From positions 1 through 64,000 of IMG/VR virus record IMGVR_UViG_3300033146_002242: DNA of 64,000 nucleotides; one strand, written 5' to 3'. Below are positions 19,520-30,059 of this stretch, piece after piece. The notes below the pieces were generated by a model, which did no database searches, was not told where the DNA came from, and saw nothing but the letters and a program-made list of their open reading frames with translations. The DNA comes from a virus. Each line of letters opens with the position of its first letter. Within the stretch, counting starts at the first letter, position 1. The translations under genes and the position numbers were made by a program.

Positions 19520-19971
19520 TACATTACTCTCATTTGAGATTCACGTTCTTGTCTAGCTTTGTCTTTAAAAATATTTTTATGTTCGTATAAATCACGTAAT
19601 TGTCTGTCTAATATATCAATTTTTCGTTGTACTTTATCTCGACATTCATCGGGTTTTCTAGATTTGGAGCATAAACTTTGTTTTGATTTCAATGTATTTT
19701 TTTGCATTTCTAATCCACGTATCTTATAATCAATTGTACATAGATTTTTTGATGCTCCAACTAAATGATTGCATGCTCGACCAGCTTTTGTCATATAATC
19801 ATTCAAAAATCCTGAACCATATCTTAATATCATAGTAGCTGCCATTAAACCACTCATCCACGGAGAAATAGCCGCTAATACAGCTGAGGCACCCTCATTT
19901 AAAGATTTATTTTTATTATTGTCCTGTAAAAATTCAAGATACAATTTTAAATTTTTTCTAGATTTTACCAT
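19519..19971 (-). CDS. Hypothetical virion protein
   Basis: LNE motif and Cys-containing coiled coil. Confidence 0.55.
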   Translation of the reverse strand: MVKSRKNLKLYLEFLQDNNKNKSLNEGASAVLAAISPWMSGLMAATMILRYGSGFLNDYMTKAGRACNHLVGASKNLCTIDYKIRGLEMQKNTLKSKQSLCSKSRKPDECRDKVQRKIDILDRQLRDLYEHKNIFKDKARQERESQMRVM

Positions 19972-20357
19972 TGTACAGCCTCAATATTTTTATTTTTATC
20001 ATATGCGGATAAATTATCCTGACTAATACTTATTAATGCGGTTAAATTGGGTATAACTACTGTTTCTAAATTGAAATCTTCTGTGCAATACACACCATTT
20101 ACATACATAATTATATCACCTAAAAATGGTGTCCCGTATTCATCATATGATAAATATGAAGGTTTCATTACATATTTTTTTTCAAATAATTTTTCTATAG
20201 AATTTTTTAATATATAAAAAAGATTTTTTTCTAGTGCTTCCAAAGATGGACTAGGAAATGTATAAATTCCAGATTTAGTTTTATATTTTTTACTTTTTCT
20301 AGAAATATCTAATGGTGATTGTAACTGTTTAAATGCTTCCTCAGTAATTGTAATCAT
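19965..20357 (-). CDS. Putative baseplate protein (LysM/tail-X-like)
   Basis: KPSYLSYDEYGTPFLGDIIMYVNG pattern. Confidence 0.55.
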   Translation of the reverse strand: MITITEEAFKQLQSPLDISRKSKKYKTKSGIYTFPSPSLEALEKNLFYILKNSIEKLFEKKYVMKPSYLSYDEYGTPFLGDIIMYVNGVYCTEDFNLETVVIPNLTALISISQDNLSAYDKNKNIEAVQW

Positions 20358-20361
20358 TTAT

Positions 20362-21021
20362 TTACACCTGATTTGCAGTAGGGTAATTATTTCTAATCCA
20401 TTGACAATTACTTTGATTTATTTGTAATAAATTATTTAAATTATCTAAATCTTCAGAATCTAAAAATCGAGAATAATTATTAATAAATTCCATATAATTA
20501 CCATTTATAGATTCAATTGGAACTTCTAAAAACCCATTATGATATTTTTCATGCATTGATTTACACATCATAGCATATCCAATTTGATTTTTAAAATGAA
20601 TTTCCATAACTCTAGTAGCAATATCATATGTACAAAAAAATTCGCCGTTTTCCATAGCCTCATTCAAAATTGCTTTAACTATTAAATACAATGATGGTAC
20701 ATGATGATGTACTTCTAAAGTAAGCTCTGATAAATTTTCATCAGTTATAACACATGTTGTTAAACCTAATACATCTATTAAATATGATTTCCATAATTTA
20801 TATTCATATGAAGATCGAACCATTCTTTCAACAGATTTAATAAATTTATTATAGGTACTATCATTTTCAAATTTTTTAATTCGCATTGATAACTCAAAAG
20901 GCGAATTAGTTGAGTACAATTTTAATATATTTTCATCTGCCTTGATTTCATCTTTTATATTATTTTCAGCATCTTTTACCATTTCAGATAAATTTAAATC
21001 ATCAGACATAATTTTCACCAT
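20362..21021 (-). CDS. HNH-like protein
   Basis: CVIT..LEVHHH..CKSMHEKYH. Confidence 0.55.
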   Translation of the reverse strand: MVKIMSDDLNLSEMVKDAENNIKDEIKADENILKLYSTNSPFELSMRIKKFENDSTYNKFIKSVERMVRSSYEYKLWKSYLIDVLGLTTCVITDENLSELTLEVHHHVPSLYLIVKAILNEAMENGEFFCTYDIATRVMEIHFKNQIGYAMMCKSMHEKYHNGFLEVPIESINGNYMEFINNYSRFLDSEDLDNLNNLLQINQSNCQWIRNNYPTANQV

Positions 21022-22710
21022 TTATTTTAAAACTAATAAAGGAACTAAATTTAAAAAGACATATAAATTACGTTTTATAATTTCTTGTCTTTCTTCATCT
21101 GAATCAAAATCATGATATTTTAGAATAGAAGTTGTTTTATTGAAAACATCTACAATAGTCCTAAATAAAATAACTTTGTTATCTATTTTATCATTTTTAT
21201 TCTTATTTAAATCATAAATAAATTGTTTTAAAAGGTCACGTAATCTAGGTAATTGATTTGGACCTCGCATATTTGCACTTCGATATGCAATAATATAAGA
21301 TAATATTTCTAAATCATTATCAGATAATTCAAATGGTACAGAATTTTTAATTACTTTTTTTGCAAAAGTATAAAGCTTTTTAAAATTTTTAGAATTTTTA
21401 TTAATAAAAGAATTTAATTCAGCTGGTGTTTTAGTTGGAAAAGATGATAATTTATGCTGTATATCAGATAAATCAGATGATTTACTTATAAATCTAATTT
21501 TTTTATACATTTCTATTGCTAAATCTGGATTGGTTAAATATTTTTCAGAATTTTCTTGTAGATATACCGATTCAATTAAATGTTTTCTAATATCAATCAT
21601 AGAATATGCGGCTTGCATTTCACCAAATAATTTTGTTATTCTTGATTTTTTAGTTCTGAATACAGATGATACTGCATTTTGAACTTCGTCAATATCTTGA
21701 TATGCTTGCCCCATACCTTTATTCATAGTTGAATGAATTAAAACTCTGTATGGCAAAACAGCGCACATACCTCTTTGAGATTGCATACAAAAAGAAACTT
21801 GTTGATTCACATCATCCATAAAAATCAAAGAACACCACTTTAGTACACTAAATAAATGTTTAAAAGATACTTCATTAACATCTACTGGTATATTATTTTT
21901 ATTTAATACAATAAATAAATTATGTTTCAAACTTGATGTAGCAAAAATAACTTTATTTTTAATTTTTATTCCCTGTGGTGCTTTTCTATCAAAGATTTCC
22001 CACCCTAACATATCAGCCATTTTTTCAACTGGGCTTAATAATCTTCTATACCATCCTTTTATACCTCGTTTAAATCCTTCAAAAATTAATTTCAAACCTT
22101 TTTTATAAGATAAATCTTTCATTAATTCATTTACAAGAGTGGTTTCATCTTTAAAATATATGGGTATCACTTTAATACCTAACATGAAAGTGCTATCATT
22201 ATAAGTGACTTGAAGCCATGTTGGTTCTATTGAAACGACTGCCCTGTTAATATCACCGGGTCTGGTCTGTGTTTTTATTTCTGGTTTATCTGTTACACTT
22301 CCACTTCCTTTTCCACCACCAATAATAGGTTTAGAACCACTTTTAGGTGTGGTGTTTATCTTACCACCACCTCTGTTACCTGTACCTGCATTACCTGTAC
22401 TTTGTGGTGGATTTTTTGTACCGGTATTCATATTTTGTTCTGTTAATAAAGATGTATATATTTTAAAATCAGAAATTTCAACAATTTCTTTTCCATCTTC
22501 TGTTAAAGGTACATCTGATTCTGCAACAATTTTATATTTTTTTCCACCAGAACCTGCTTTAACAAATTGTTTATTTGAATTTTTTGATAATTCGGATAAA
22601 ACATCATCCAGACTATAAGTTAAAATATATAATTCTAAATATTTTAAAATAATCGGGACATAATTTTTATCTAAAGTTGCTGAACAATATGCACCATATG
22701 TTATAATCAT
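21022..22710 (-). CDS. Hypothetical virion protein with Gly/Pro/Thr low-complexity linker
   Basis: 562-aa ORF; LLTEQ followed by a G-rich linker. Confidence 0.6.
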   Translation of the reverse strand: MIITYGAYCSATLDKNYVPIILKYLELYILTYSLDDVLSELSKNSNKQFVKAGSGGKKYKIVAESDVPLTEDGKEIVEISDFKIYTSLLTEQNMNTGTKNPPQSTGNAGTGNRGGGKINTTPKSGSKPIIGGGKGSGSVTDKPEIKTQTRPGDINRAVVSIEPTWLQVTYNDSTFMLGIKVIPIYFKDETTLVNELMKDLSYKKGLKLIFEGFKRGIKGWYRRLLSPVEKMADMLGWEIFDRKAPQGIKIKNKVIFATSSLKHNLFIVLNKNNIPVDVNEVSFKHLFSVLKWCSLIFMDDVNQQVSFCMQSQRGMCAVLPYRVLIHSTMNKGMGQAYQDIDEVQNAVSSVFRTKKSRITKLFGEMQAAYSMIDIRKHLIESVYLQENSEKYLTNPDLAIEMYKKIRFISKSSDLSDIQHKLSSFPTKTPAELNSFINKNSKNFKKLYTFAKKVIKNSVPFELSDNDLEILSYIIAYRSANMRGPNQLPRLRDLLKQFIYDLNKNKNDKIDNKVILFRTIVDVFNKTTSILKYHDFDSDEERQEIIKRNLYVFLNLVPLLVLK

Positions 22711-22726
22711 TTTAACAAATCTCCAT

Positions 22727-23662
22727 TTATAATAAAAATTTATGTTTTGTTTTTACAGGTTCTATAACCTGATGTAATTTTTTTATATTTTTTGGTTTAT
22801 CATGTTTTGATATTTTTTTATCTTTACCATTATTTTTAACATCATTATTTATATTAATTTGACAATTCTTTTTATAAACACATACCCGGCATAACTCACT
22901 GTTATCTTCATCAGGTTTTGTTTTTTGTTTTATTTTATTAAATAATAAATCTATTTTATTTATAAGAGATACATCAGATGTATCAAAATCTACGTCAGAT
23001 AAAGTAATATTATCAAATGATTTATTAAATTTAATAATTTTTATAATTGATATTTTTTCATTTATTGACGTATTTAAATTATATAACAATGCTTTTAATT
23101 TAAATACATCTTCTGAAATAAAATCATTAATTATAAAATCTATCATTATATTATCTTGAATACCATATATTATATCCTTAACTTTGTTTTTATAATTTAT
23201 AAATGTATTATATTTTTTAAAATTAGCTAATTCTAAAATAATATTTCTATAAGTTGTATTTATTATATAATTTTTATAAAAATTCAAATATTCATCTGAT
23301 ATAGTAAAATCATAATTTAAAAATTCAAAAAATACTTTTCTATGACATCCACATATATCTGAACATGTATAAAAATTTTTAGCTATTAATAATTCATTAT
23401 TAATATCTGTTTTTAATGAATTATTAATAGCTAAAATAAATTTTTCATTATTTTGTAAATTAAAATTACTGAAAAATTGTTTAATTCTTTTTGGTTCAAT
23501 ATTATCAACTACTGGTTCATTTCTAATACCATTTTTTGTTTTAATACTATCAATTTTATTAGAAGCTTTTTTATTAATATATTCAATAATTTGTTGATAT
23601 TCAGATTTAACATTCACATGATTGTTTTTCATTATCAGTTTTTTCTGATTCAGTTGTAACAT
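22727..23662 (-). CDS. Cas4/PD-(D/E)xK-like protein with Fe-S-type cysteines, catalytic motifs degenerate
   Basis: SDICGCHRKVFF and C-terminal LCRVCVYKKNC. Confidence 0.5.
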   Translation of the reverse strand: MLQLNQKKLIMKNNHVNVKSEYQQIIEYINKKASNKIDSIKTKNGIRNEPVVDNIEPKRIKQFFSNFNLQNNEKFILAINNSLKTDINNELLIAKNFYTCSDICGCHRKVFFEFLNYDFTISDEYLNFYKNYIINTTYRNIILELANFKKYNTFINYKNKVKDIIYGIQDNIMIDFIINDFISEDVFKLKALLYNLNTSINEKISIIKIIKFNKSFDNITLSDVDFDTSDVSLINKIDLLFNKIKQKTKPDEDNSELCRVCVYKKNCQININNDVKNNGKDKKISKHDKPKNIKKLHQVIEPVKTKHKFLL

Positions 23663-24209
23663 TCTTATTTTCTAAAATTTCTAAAGCAGTTTCAATTAAA
23701 GAATTTCTTAGAGCTTTATACGTATCTTCTAATAAACGCCCTTCAAATGTATTCATTTCATCAATTTTTTCTGATTCATTTAAGGCTCGTGCAATTAACA
23801 TATTATCCAAACCTAGTTGAAAAGCCTTTTCCTGAATAGTAAAATTAACTATGGTATCAATATTTTCACTTTCATTTAATTTAACGGCTTCAAAAACAGT
23901 GTTTACAACATTTGTTTTTCCTTCTTGGCATGTTAATAATTTTCTAACATTACCCCGAGCTGTAATAGCTGTTTTAATTGCCATTTTTTCAATATCAGAT
24001 TCAGTTAAAATTTCAGCAATTTCAGGTGGATTATGTTCCATGAAATTATACATTTCAATTAAAGCTGAACATAATGCACCTTTTAATTCTAAATATTGTT
24101 GGGCTACTTCAGTTGAAACATCTATTTCATGTATAGTTTTTCCAAAAAATAAATAATCCAACGAAAGAAAATTTTCAAGAATTCTGATTTTACTTTCTTT
24201 TTTTAACAT
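23607..24209 (-). CDS. Hypothetical protein, possibly virion
   Basis: 200-aa acidic ORF. Confidence 0.6.
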   Translation of the reverse strand: MLKKESKIRILENFLSLDYLFFGKTIHEIDVSTEVAQQYLELKGALCSALIEMYNFMEHNPPEIAEILTESDIEKMAIKTAITARGNVRKLLTCQEGKTNVVNTVFEAVKLNESENIDTIVNFTIQEKAFQLGLDNMLIARALNESEKIDEMNTFEGRLLEDTYKALRNSLIETALEILENKNVTTESEKTDNEKQSCEC

Positions 24210-24211
24210 GA

Positions 24212-24538
24212 TTATAATCCTTTATTTTCTTCAATAATTTCAATATTGGTCATACGTTTATCTTGTGGAAAATGTTTTTGTTTAATAATTGAAGCAAGAT
24301 AATTAATAGATCTAACTGTTTTACCATGTTTACCTACAATTTTTCCAAAATCCAATGGATTTACTTTTAAATAAATTGTAATAGTTTTAGGAGTAGTTAG
24401 AATATCATGAATAAATGCATCATCAGGTTCATCCACAAGAGCTTTAATTATTGAATTGATTACGGGTGTTAAAATCTCATTTATTGTATTATTAGTCATT
24501 TTATTATCCTCGGAATATATAAATTTGTTTAAAAACAA
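24212..24538 (-). CDS. KH-domain RNA-binding protein (KhpA-like)
   Basis: IIKALVDEPDD..LKVNPLDFGKIVGKHGKTVRSI (GxxG loop). Confidence 0.8.
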   Translation of the reverse strand: MFLNKFIYSEDNKMTNNTINEILTPVINSIIKALVDEPDDAFIHDILTTPKTITIYLKVNPLDFGKIVGKHGKTVRSINYLASIIKQKHFPQDKRMTNIEIIEENKGL

Positions 24539-24552
24539 AGAATAAAATTATT

Positions 24553-24566
24553 CATTTTTATGTTCC
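24553..24566 (-). promoter_or_regulatory. Putative late promoter (GGAACATAAAAATG)
   Basis: AACA-N6-TG. Confidence 0.55.
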
Positions 24567-24590
24567 GAGAATTAAATGAAAAAAAGATCT

Positions 24591-25856
24591 TTAATTATCA
24601 AATCCAGTATTGTCAAGATTCTCATTACTATATTTATCAATAATTTCAACTTTTATAGCATCTTCAACTTCTTTATTAAATGCTTCTCTGAATGTAAAAT
24701 TTTCATTATATTTTAAAGGCGCATCTTTTGTTCTAAATTTTTCAGTTGGGTAATTAACTAAATAATTCCAAGCTCCAGATTTCAACCTTTTTGTTTCAAC
24801 TAAAAACATATAATTTGTCCAAAAATTAGAAAACCCTTTTGTAAAATTACCAATTAATTTTACTTCAATATTGGGTCGAAATGCTTTATTTTTAACACAT
24901 TTGGATACCACTTCAATACCATCAAATGAAAATTTAGATTCATCTAGTACAGCTTTAACTTTCATTTCCAATAAATGAAATGCATTAAATTTTAATGAAT
25001 TACCACCGGGCATTGATTTATGAGATGATAACATTTTTAGATCTCGTGGGGCAGAATAAGGTCCCATAGAAATAACATCTCTCAATTGATTAATAGCAAT
25101 TAAACCTATATTATATTGTGAACATTTTTTTATATATTGTGGAAGAAAATGTGTCAAAAACCTAGCTTTGTAACCAATTGCACTATTTGGATCATCTACT
25201 TCAAATTCTTTTTCTGTCAAAGTATTAGCAATTGAATCCCATACTATAATAGCTGGATTATCTTGTAATCCTTTTGCATCTTTAAATTTACATAAATTAT
25301 CAATAACCTTAAAAACTTTTTCTAAAGTTAACTGAGTAATTGGTTTAATTTTTGGTTTATTAACACCGAGCATCGCCAATCGTTCAGTAGTAGTAGATTC
25401 TTCTGAATCAATATAAACAACCATACAACAATCTTTTAATTTTCGTTGTGCTTGGGCCATTGTTTGCATAGCAATCATTGATTTCCCACAACCCGGCGCA
25501 CCTACTAAAATAGATAAACCACCTATAACCAATCCACCACCTAACGAGGCATCTAATAAATTCAATCCAGTTGTGCAAAATAATTTTTCATTTTTATCAG
25601 TAACTATTTTATCATTAGTATCCAAAATATTCATAAATTCATTATAAAGCATATTTGCTTCTTCATCATTTGTATGCTCCATATGATTTATAACTTCATC
25701 ATCGGTCATTGATTCTACTTCTTCTGGTGTTGGTTCATCTTTTTTTATTTTTGGTGTAGTTTCCTCAACAATTTCTTCTTTATTTAAATCTTCTGAATCT
25801 AATGAAATATCGCCTAATATATCATCATTATCAATTAATTGACTCGAGTTTGACAT
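24591..25856 (-). CDS. recA: RecA/UvsX-like recombinase
   Basis: TTGLNLLDASLGGG, Walker A GAPGCGKS, YIDSEES, IVWDSIA, INQLRD, PGGNSLKF. Confidence 0.88.
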   Translation of the reverse strand: MSNSSQLIDNDDILGDISLDSEDLNKEEIVEETTPKIKKDEPTPEEVESMTDDEVINHMEHTNDEEANMLYNEFMNILDTNDKIVTDKNEKLFCTTGLNLLDASLGGGLVIGGLSILVGAPGCGKSMIAMQTMAQAQRKLKDCCMVVYIDSEESTTTERLAMLGVNKPKIKPITQLTLEKVFKVIDNLCKFKDAKGLQDNPAIIVWDSIANTLTEKEFEVDDPNSAIGYKARFLTHFLPQYIKKCSQYNIGLIAINQLRDVISMGPYSAPRDLKMLSSHKSMPGGNSLKFNAFHLLEMKVKAVLDESKFSFDGIEVVSKCVKNKAFRPNIEVKLIGNFTKGFSNFWTNYMFLVETKRLKSGAWNYLVNYPTEKFRTKDAPLKYNENFTFREAFNKEVEDAIKVEIIDKYSNENLDNTGFDN

Positions 25857-26244
25857 GCGATTCTCCCTTATGTCTTAAATGCTCTCTTTCTTTCTTTTGT
25901 TTTTCATGTGTCTGTTTTAATTTACTAATAGTTTGTTCAATTTCATCCATATCAATATCATCTAAAATTGTATCTTTTTCATCGACTTCTTGTAAAATTT
26001 TTCTTAATTCAAATTCTGTTTTTACACTTTTCATTATTTCTTTTCTTACATCAAGTATTGTTCCAAATAATGATGATAATGATTTCATTTTTTCTTCAAA
26101 AAAATTTATATACCTTTTATCTAATGATTCTGGAAACAACTTATTGATTTTAGATTTTACTTGCTCTAAATCTAAAATCATTTCTTTTAATGCTTTTCGT
26201 TGTTCAACAAATTCTTCTACTAAATTATTTAAATTATCATCCAT
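25831..26244 (-). CDS. Hypothetical coiled-coil protein
   Basis: 137-aa ORF. Confidence 0.6.
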   Translation of the reverse strand: MDDNLNNLVEEFVEQRKALKEMILDLEQVKSKINKLFPESLDKRYINFFEEKMKSLSSLFGTILDVRKEIMKSVKTEFELRKILQEVDEKDTILDDIDMDEIEQTISKLKQTHEKQKKEREHLRHKGESHVKLESIN

Positions 26245-26254
26245 AATAAATATC

Positions 26255-26575
26255 CTATTTAATCATAATTCTTACATTTTTTCTTAATTCTTTCCAATGT
26301 ACATCAGAGGATCGAATATTTGCTTTGATGAAATAACATATTTTTAAAATTTTTTGTTTATCAAATGAATCAAAAATTTCTCTTTTTTCTAATCCATTTA
26401 AATATGATAACATCTTTTCAAAAGGTGTTCTTCTATCAATTTTAATTTTATTAATTCTACCCTCTAACATTTTAAAAATAAAATCAATTTCTGCTCGCAA
26501 AGACCATACTTTTGTTTTATTTTTTTCACTAATAAATTCAACATTATCATCTTCTTGTAAATAGTCTTTAGCCAT
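26255..26575 (-). CDS. Hypothetical protein
   Basis: ORF with upstream late-promoter motif at 26589-26602. Confidence 0.6.
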   Translation of the reverse strand: MAKDYLQEDDNVEFISEKNKTKVWSLRAEIDFIFKMLEGRINKIKIDRRTPFEKMLSYLNGLEKREIFDSFDKQKILKICYFIKANIRSSDVHWKELRKNVRIMIK

Positions 26576-26616
26576 TTTAATTTTACCTCATTTATATGTT
26601 GTAATTATTTATTATA

Positions 26617-26751
26617 TCAACACATTCCTCGCCCACAATTAGGACAATAATTTTGATTTTTATTAATTAAAGTATCACATTTATCACAATATATTTTATT
26701 GTTATTTTGTTGATTTTGTTCATCGAAAGATATTTGATAAATAATTTCCAT
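26617..26751 (-). CDS. Small Zn-ribbon protein (44 aa, not in ORF track)
   Basis: MEIIYQ..YCDKCDT..YCPNCGRGMC. Confidence 0.55.
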   Translation of the reverse strand: MEIIYQISFDEQNQQNNNKIYCDKCDTLINKNQNYCPNCGRGMC

Positions 26752-27191
26752 TATGATTGATTCTTTGCTTTAAAAAATAAAAAAGCCTTGTATTTCTGGC
26801 CTTTTGTTTGAGATTTATTATTAAATTTTGCATAATATGAAGAAAGAAAATGATATCTCCCTTTTATTTTTCGACCTTTAAATACAACTATAATATGACG
26901 TGGATTATATTTTTCAATAATAATGTCACCAGAATCCCAAAGACTTAATTTACCAGCTCCATATCCTTCATCAATTTCACCGGTAAAAAGAGCTTCTTTT
27001 TCTGAGTGTACACGTGTTCTAAAAACAAGAATTTTTTCATTATTATTATTTAAAGGTATTTCTTTTTTAGTTGCAAAAGAATCCCAATTACCACTTCCAT
27101 CAGGTTTTTGAAATCTAATATCATGATGGCGACCCGCTCTTTTTGCTTCATGTAAATGTATTGCAAATTTTTTAACTACTGGTAGATTCAT
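26751..27191 (-). CDS. LigD-type 3'-phosphoesterase domain, stand-alone
   Basis: FAIHLHEAKRAGRHHDIRF..SFAT..EGYGAGKLSLWDSG. Confidence 0.85.
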   Translation of the reverse strand: MNLPVVKKFAIHLHEAKRAGRHHDIRFQKPDGSGNWDSFATKKEIPLNNNNEKILVFRTRVHSEKEALFTGEIDEGYGAGKLSLWDSGDIIIEKYNPRHIIVVFKGRKIKGRYHFLSSYYAKFNNKSQTKGQKYKAFLFFKAKNQS

Positions 27192-27654
27192 AATAATCCC
27201 TACAATACCTTGCTAATGCATACGCATCAGCTAAATCTGAATTATCAAATTCTATTTTCCATTTTTTATATATTTTCATAAGCATTAATTCTTTTTTACA
27301 TTGGCCTTTACCAGTTACAAATTTTTTTAATACAGTTGGTTCACAAACAATATTGAAAATATTATGTTTTTTTAATAGAATACGAATATAATTGTGTAAA
27401 GATCCTTGTTGAATTACACCTCTGCCGTGTGAACCATATGAAATTCCTTCTATACAACAAAAAATTTCATTATCTTTTTCACTGCATTTAAGCAGTTCAA
27501 ATAATAAATCATCACCTATTTGCATAATTCTTTCATAATTTTCCAAATTAGTATCTGATGATATAATCATTTTTTTTTGTATATTATAATTGGTATCGAT
27601 AAATACAATACCAGTTGAATTCATTGATTGGTCTATACCAACATAAATATTCAT
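27172..27654 (-). CDS. ruvC: Holliday junction resolvase RuvC-like
   Basis: VGIDQSMNSTG, CIEG, PTVLKKFVTGKGQCKKE, SDLADAYAL. Confidence 0.88.
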   Translation of the reverse strand: MNIYVGIDQSMNSTGIVFIDTNYNIQKKMIISSDTNLENYERIMQIGDDLLFELLKCSEKDNEIFCCIEGISYGSHGRGVIQQGSLHNYIRILLKKHNIFNIVCEPTVLKKFVTGKGQCKKELMLMKIYKKWKIEFDNSDLADAYALARYCRDYYESTSS

Positions 27655-28037
27655 TACTTATTATATCCTTCTATATTTTTTTGTATTCTATCTTCCGTTC
27701 TTTTATTTATCATAAATAAACTATGATATAAATTATCTAAAATAGTTTCATTTTCATCACATGGAAGTTTAGTATTTTTTTGAAAATATTCAAATCTATC
27801 AATTAAAACTGAAATAAGGGAAGCTTCTGTGATTCCATTTATACCAACTTCATTTATCGGACCTTCTTGAAATTTTATAACTTGTGATAAATCACTATAG
27901 TTATCAATTTTTTCATCTGGATTTTCTGTTGGTATTAAAAAATATTTGTGATTAGAAGTATTTTTAAAAATAGAAACCGTATCTTTTGTTATATCAGCTT
28001 TTACTTTTTTCATAATAATTTTATCCAAAAACAACAC
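27654..28037 (-). CDS. tad1: Tad1-family anti-Thoeris/anti-CBASS nucleotide sponge
   Basis: IKFQEGP..NGITEASLISVLIDRFEYFQ..CDEN..KRTEDRIQKNIEG matches recalled Tad1 ([44 protein letters not shown]). Confidence 0.82.
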   Translation of the reverse strand: MLFLDKIIMKKVKADITKDTVSIFKNTSNHKYFLIPTENPDEKIDNYSDLSQVIKFQEGPINEVGINGITEASLISVLIDRFEYFQKNTKLPCDENETILDNLYHSLFMINKRTEDRIQKNIEGYNK

Positions 28038-28740
28038 TAATATTTGGGGTGAAAAGAGTATCCATTTTTTGTTCTAATTCTGATAATTTAGTTTGACCTT
28101 CGTCAAAAATTTCATCTCCAATTGGTATATCACCAAATGGTGTTCTTAAATTACCATTTGCATATTTTTTTCTAATGCGCCCTATCATTATCATTATACT
28201 CGCTAATGCATAATCTAAGAATAAAACATGTAAATCAGTTGGTATTTTTCTAAAATCTGGTGGTTGTAATCGTTCATATTCAACCACACATCTATCCCAT
28301 TTAAAGTTTAAAGAACTAATTCTTACAATATTAGGTGGTATAAATTCCCATGTTTTATCACAGTCTGAAAACATTCGTACAGTCATTGAATTTTCAACAT
28401 TTAAAGCCCATTCTCTAATTGATGGTATTCCATGCCCACCCATAATTGGATGGCCTGTCATTAAATAATCTCCCTGCATAGGAATCAATTCAACAATATT
28501 CATAATATCCAATCCTTCTGGATCTCTTACAAAATATTCATTTTTCCTAGAAGGTACTTTATTTTGGGGACTATTTAAATTTAAGGAAATTTTATTTTTA
28601 TCAGGAACCCAATAAGAAAATTTTCGAATTGTAAATTTTTTGGTGTATTCTAGAATTTTATCATCATCTATTTCCAATTTTTGAAAAGGAAAACCTAAAT
28701 TATCTTTAATATAATCTAGAACCAATGAATCATTTAACAT
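28021..28740 (-). CDS. Neck/head-completion protein (T4 gp13-like)
   Basis: LDYIKDNLGFPFQKLEIDDDKI..LDYALASIMIMIGRIRKKY..GDEIFDEG. Confidence 0.65.
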   Translation of the reverse strand: MLNDSLVLDYIKDNLGFPFQKLEIDDDKILEYTKKFTIRKFSYWVPDKNKISLNLNSPQNKVPSRKNEYFVRDPEGLDIMNIVELIPMQGDYLMTGHPIMGGHGIPSIREWALNVENSMTVRMFSDCDKTWEFIPPNIVRISSLNFKWDRCVVEYERLQPPDFRKIPTDLHVLFLDYALASIMIMIGRIRKKYANGNLRTPFGDIPIGDEIFDEGQTKLSELEQKMDTLFTPNISVVFG

Positions 28741-28757
28741 AATAAATTCCTCTTGTA

Positions 28758-30059
28758 TTAAAAGGTTTTTAAAATGTCATTAAATGAAGTAGATGGTGAT
28801 AAAAACAATTTATTATAATGTTTTTCATCTATAAATATTTTTGTTTTATGTAATGATTCTAATAATATATCTGGATTAACTGATTCATCGGTCTTAGCTA
28901 TTTCATGGATATATTTTCTTTTTTCTAATAATGTATTATCACCATAATTATCTAAATATCTTGATAAAACTTCAAATGACATTAATCTTGTATTTCGCAG
29001 AATTTTATCATTGTTATCTATAAATTTCTGTAGTGTACTATTCAAATTTATGTTCTTAAAATTATCATTATTTATATCCAAAAATTCAGTTGCATTTTTA
29101 TCACTAGCAATAGCTATAATATTATCTAATCCACCACATATTTCTACAAATTCTTTTAAATTTTTATTTATTGTAGCTGGACCAGCTCCTCTGAAAGGTT
29201 TTGGTATTCCATCACCAGTATCACCTGTACATGCAATAAAAAATGGATAATAGTCTGGTGTTAAATCAGTTTTAAAATTTTTTATTTTTGAATAATGTTC
29301 AATTATTTTTGTTTTGTCAATTATTAATAATTTTTGTTTTCGTCTATAATATATATAACTTCTTGGTGTGCATAATGTATTTTGATATAAATCATGATCT
29401 GTAGAATATGTTAAATTAATAATATGATTACCTTCTGGTATCAATTTTCTAGACATTAAATAATAAGGTATAAAATCAGCTTCTAAATTCTCTAAATGAA
29501 ATACTCTAACATTGGGTAATTTATTACCAACTTTATTTATTAATATTAAATTCTTTTGTAAAATATCCCTATTTAATCTTAATTCAGATTCAGTTAATCC
29601 AAAAGCTTTATCAATCGATCTATTACTTTTATAATCTTTAAAAATTCTTTTATGATAACCGGAATCACCTGTTTCGAAAAATACATAAAAATTAGCAGTT
29701 AAACTTCTGGATAAAACATATTCCTTATGAAAACCTAAAAATGCCATAAATGATTCAAAAATCAATGATGAAATTTGACCTTTTTCTTTAGAATCATTTA
29801 TTAAATATTGGATTGCAAATTCCAAATAAGTTGTTTGCATAATATTTTTTAAATCAATAAAAAAATTAATATGGCTTACATTTGGGTTTGCGGTTAATAA
29901 TTCATCCAATAAATGATGACGGGGATAATAGTTAATCAACTGTTCAAAAGAAAACGATCTTTCAGTTGAATAACTATTACCCCGTGATTGTTGAATATGT
30001 TTATATTTATTATTCATCTTCAGAATTAAATTGAGTTCTACTATATATAGTGAAATCAA
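28758..30059 (-). CDS. 5'-3' exonuclease / flap endonuclease (T4 RNase H-like)
   Basis: FFIDLKN, YKSNR, LEADFI, STDHDLYQ, GDTGDGIP..GAGPAT. Confidence 0.8.
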   Translation of the reverse strand: MISLYIVELNLILKMNNKYKHIQQSRGNSYSTERSFSFEQLINYYPRHHLLDELLTANPNVSHINFFIDLKNIMQTTYLEFAIQYLINDSKEKGQISSLIFESFMAFLGFHKEYVLSRSLTANFYVFFETGDSGYHKRIFKDYKSNRSIDKAFGLTESELRLNRDILQKNLILINKVGNKLPNVRVFHLENLEADFIPYYLMSRKLIPEGNHIINLTYSTDHDLYQNTLCTPRSYIYYRRKQKLLIIDKTKIIEHYSKIKNFKTDLTPDYYPFFIACTGDTGDGIPKPFRGAGPATINKNLKEFVEICGGLDNIIAIASDKNATEFLDINNDNFKNINLNSTLQKFIDNNDKILRNTRLMSFEVLSRYLDNYGDNTLLEKRKYIHEIAKTDESVNPDILLESLHKTKIFIDEKHYNKLFLSPSTSFNDILKTF

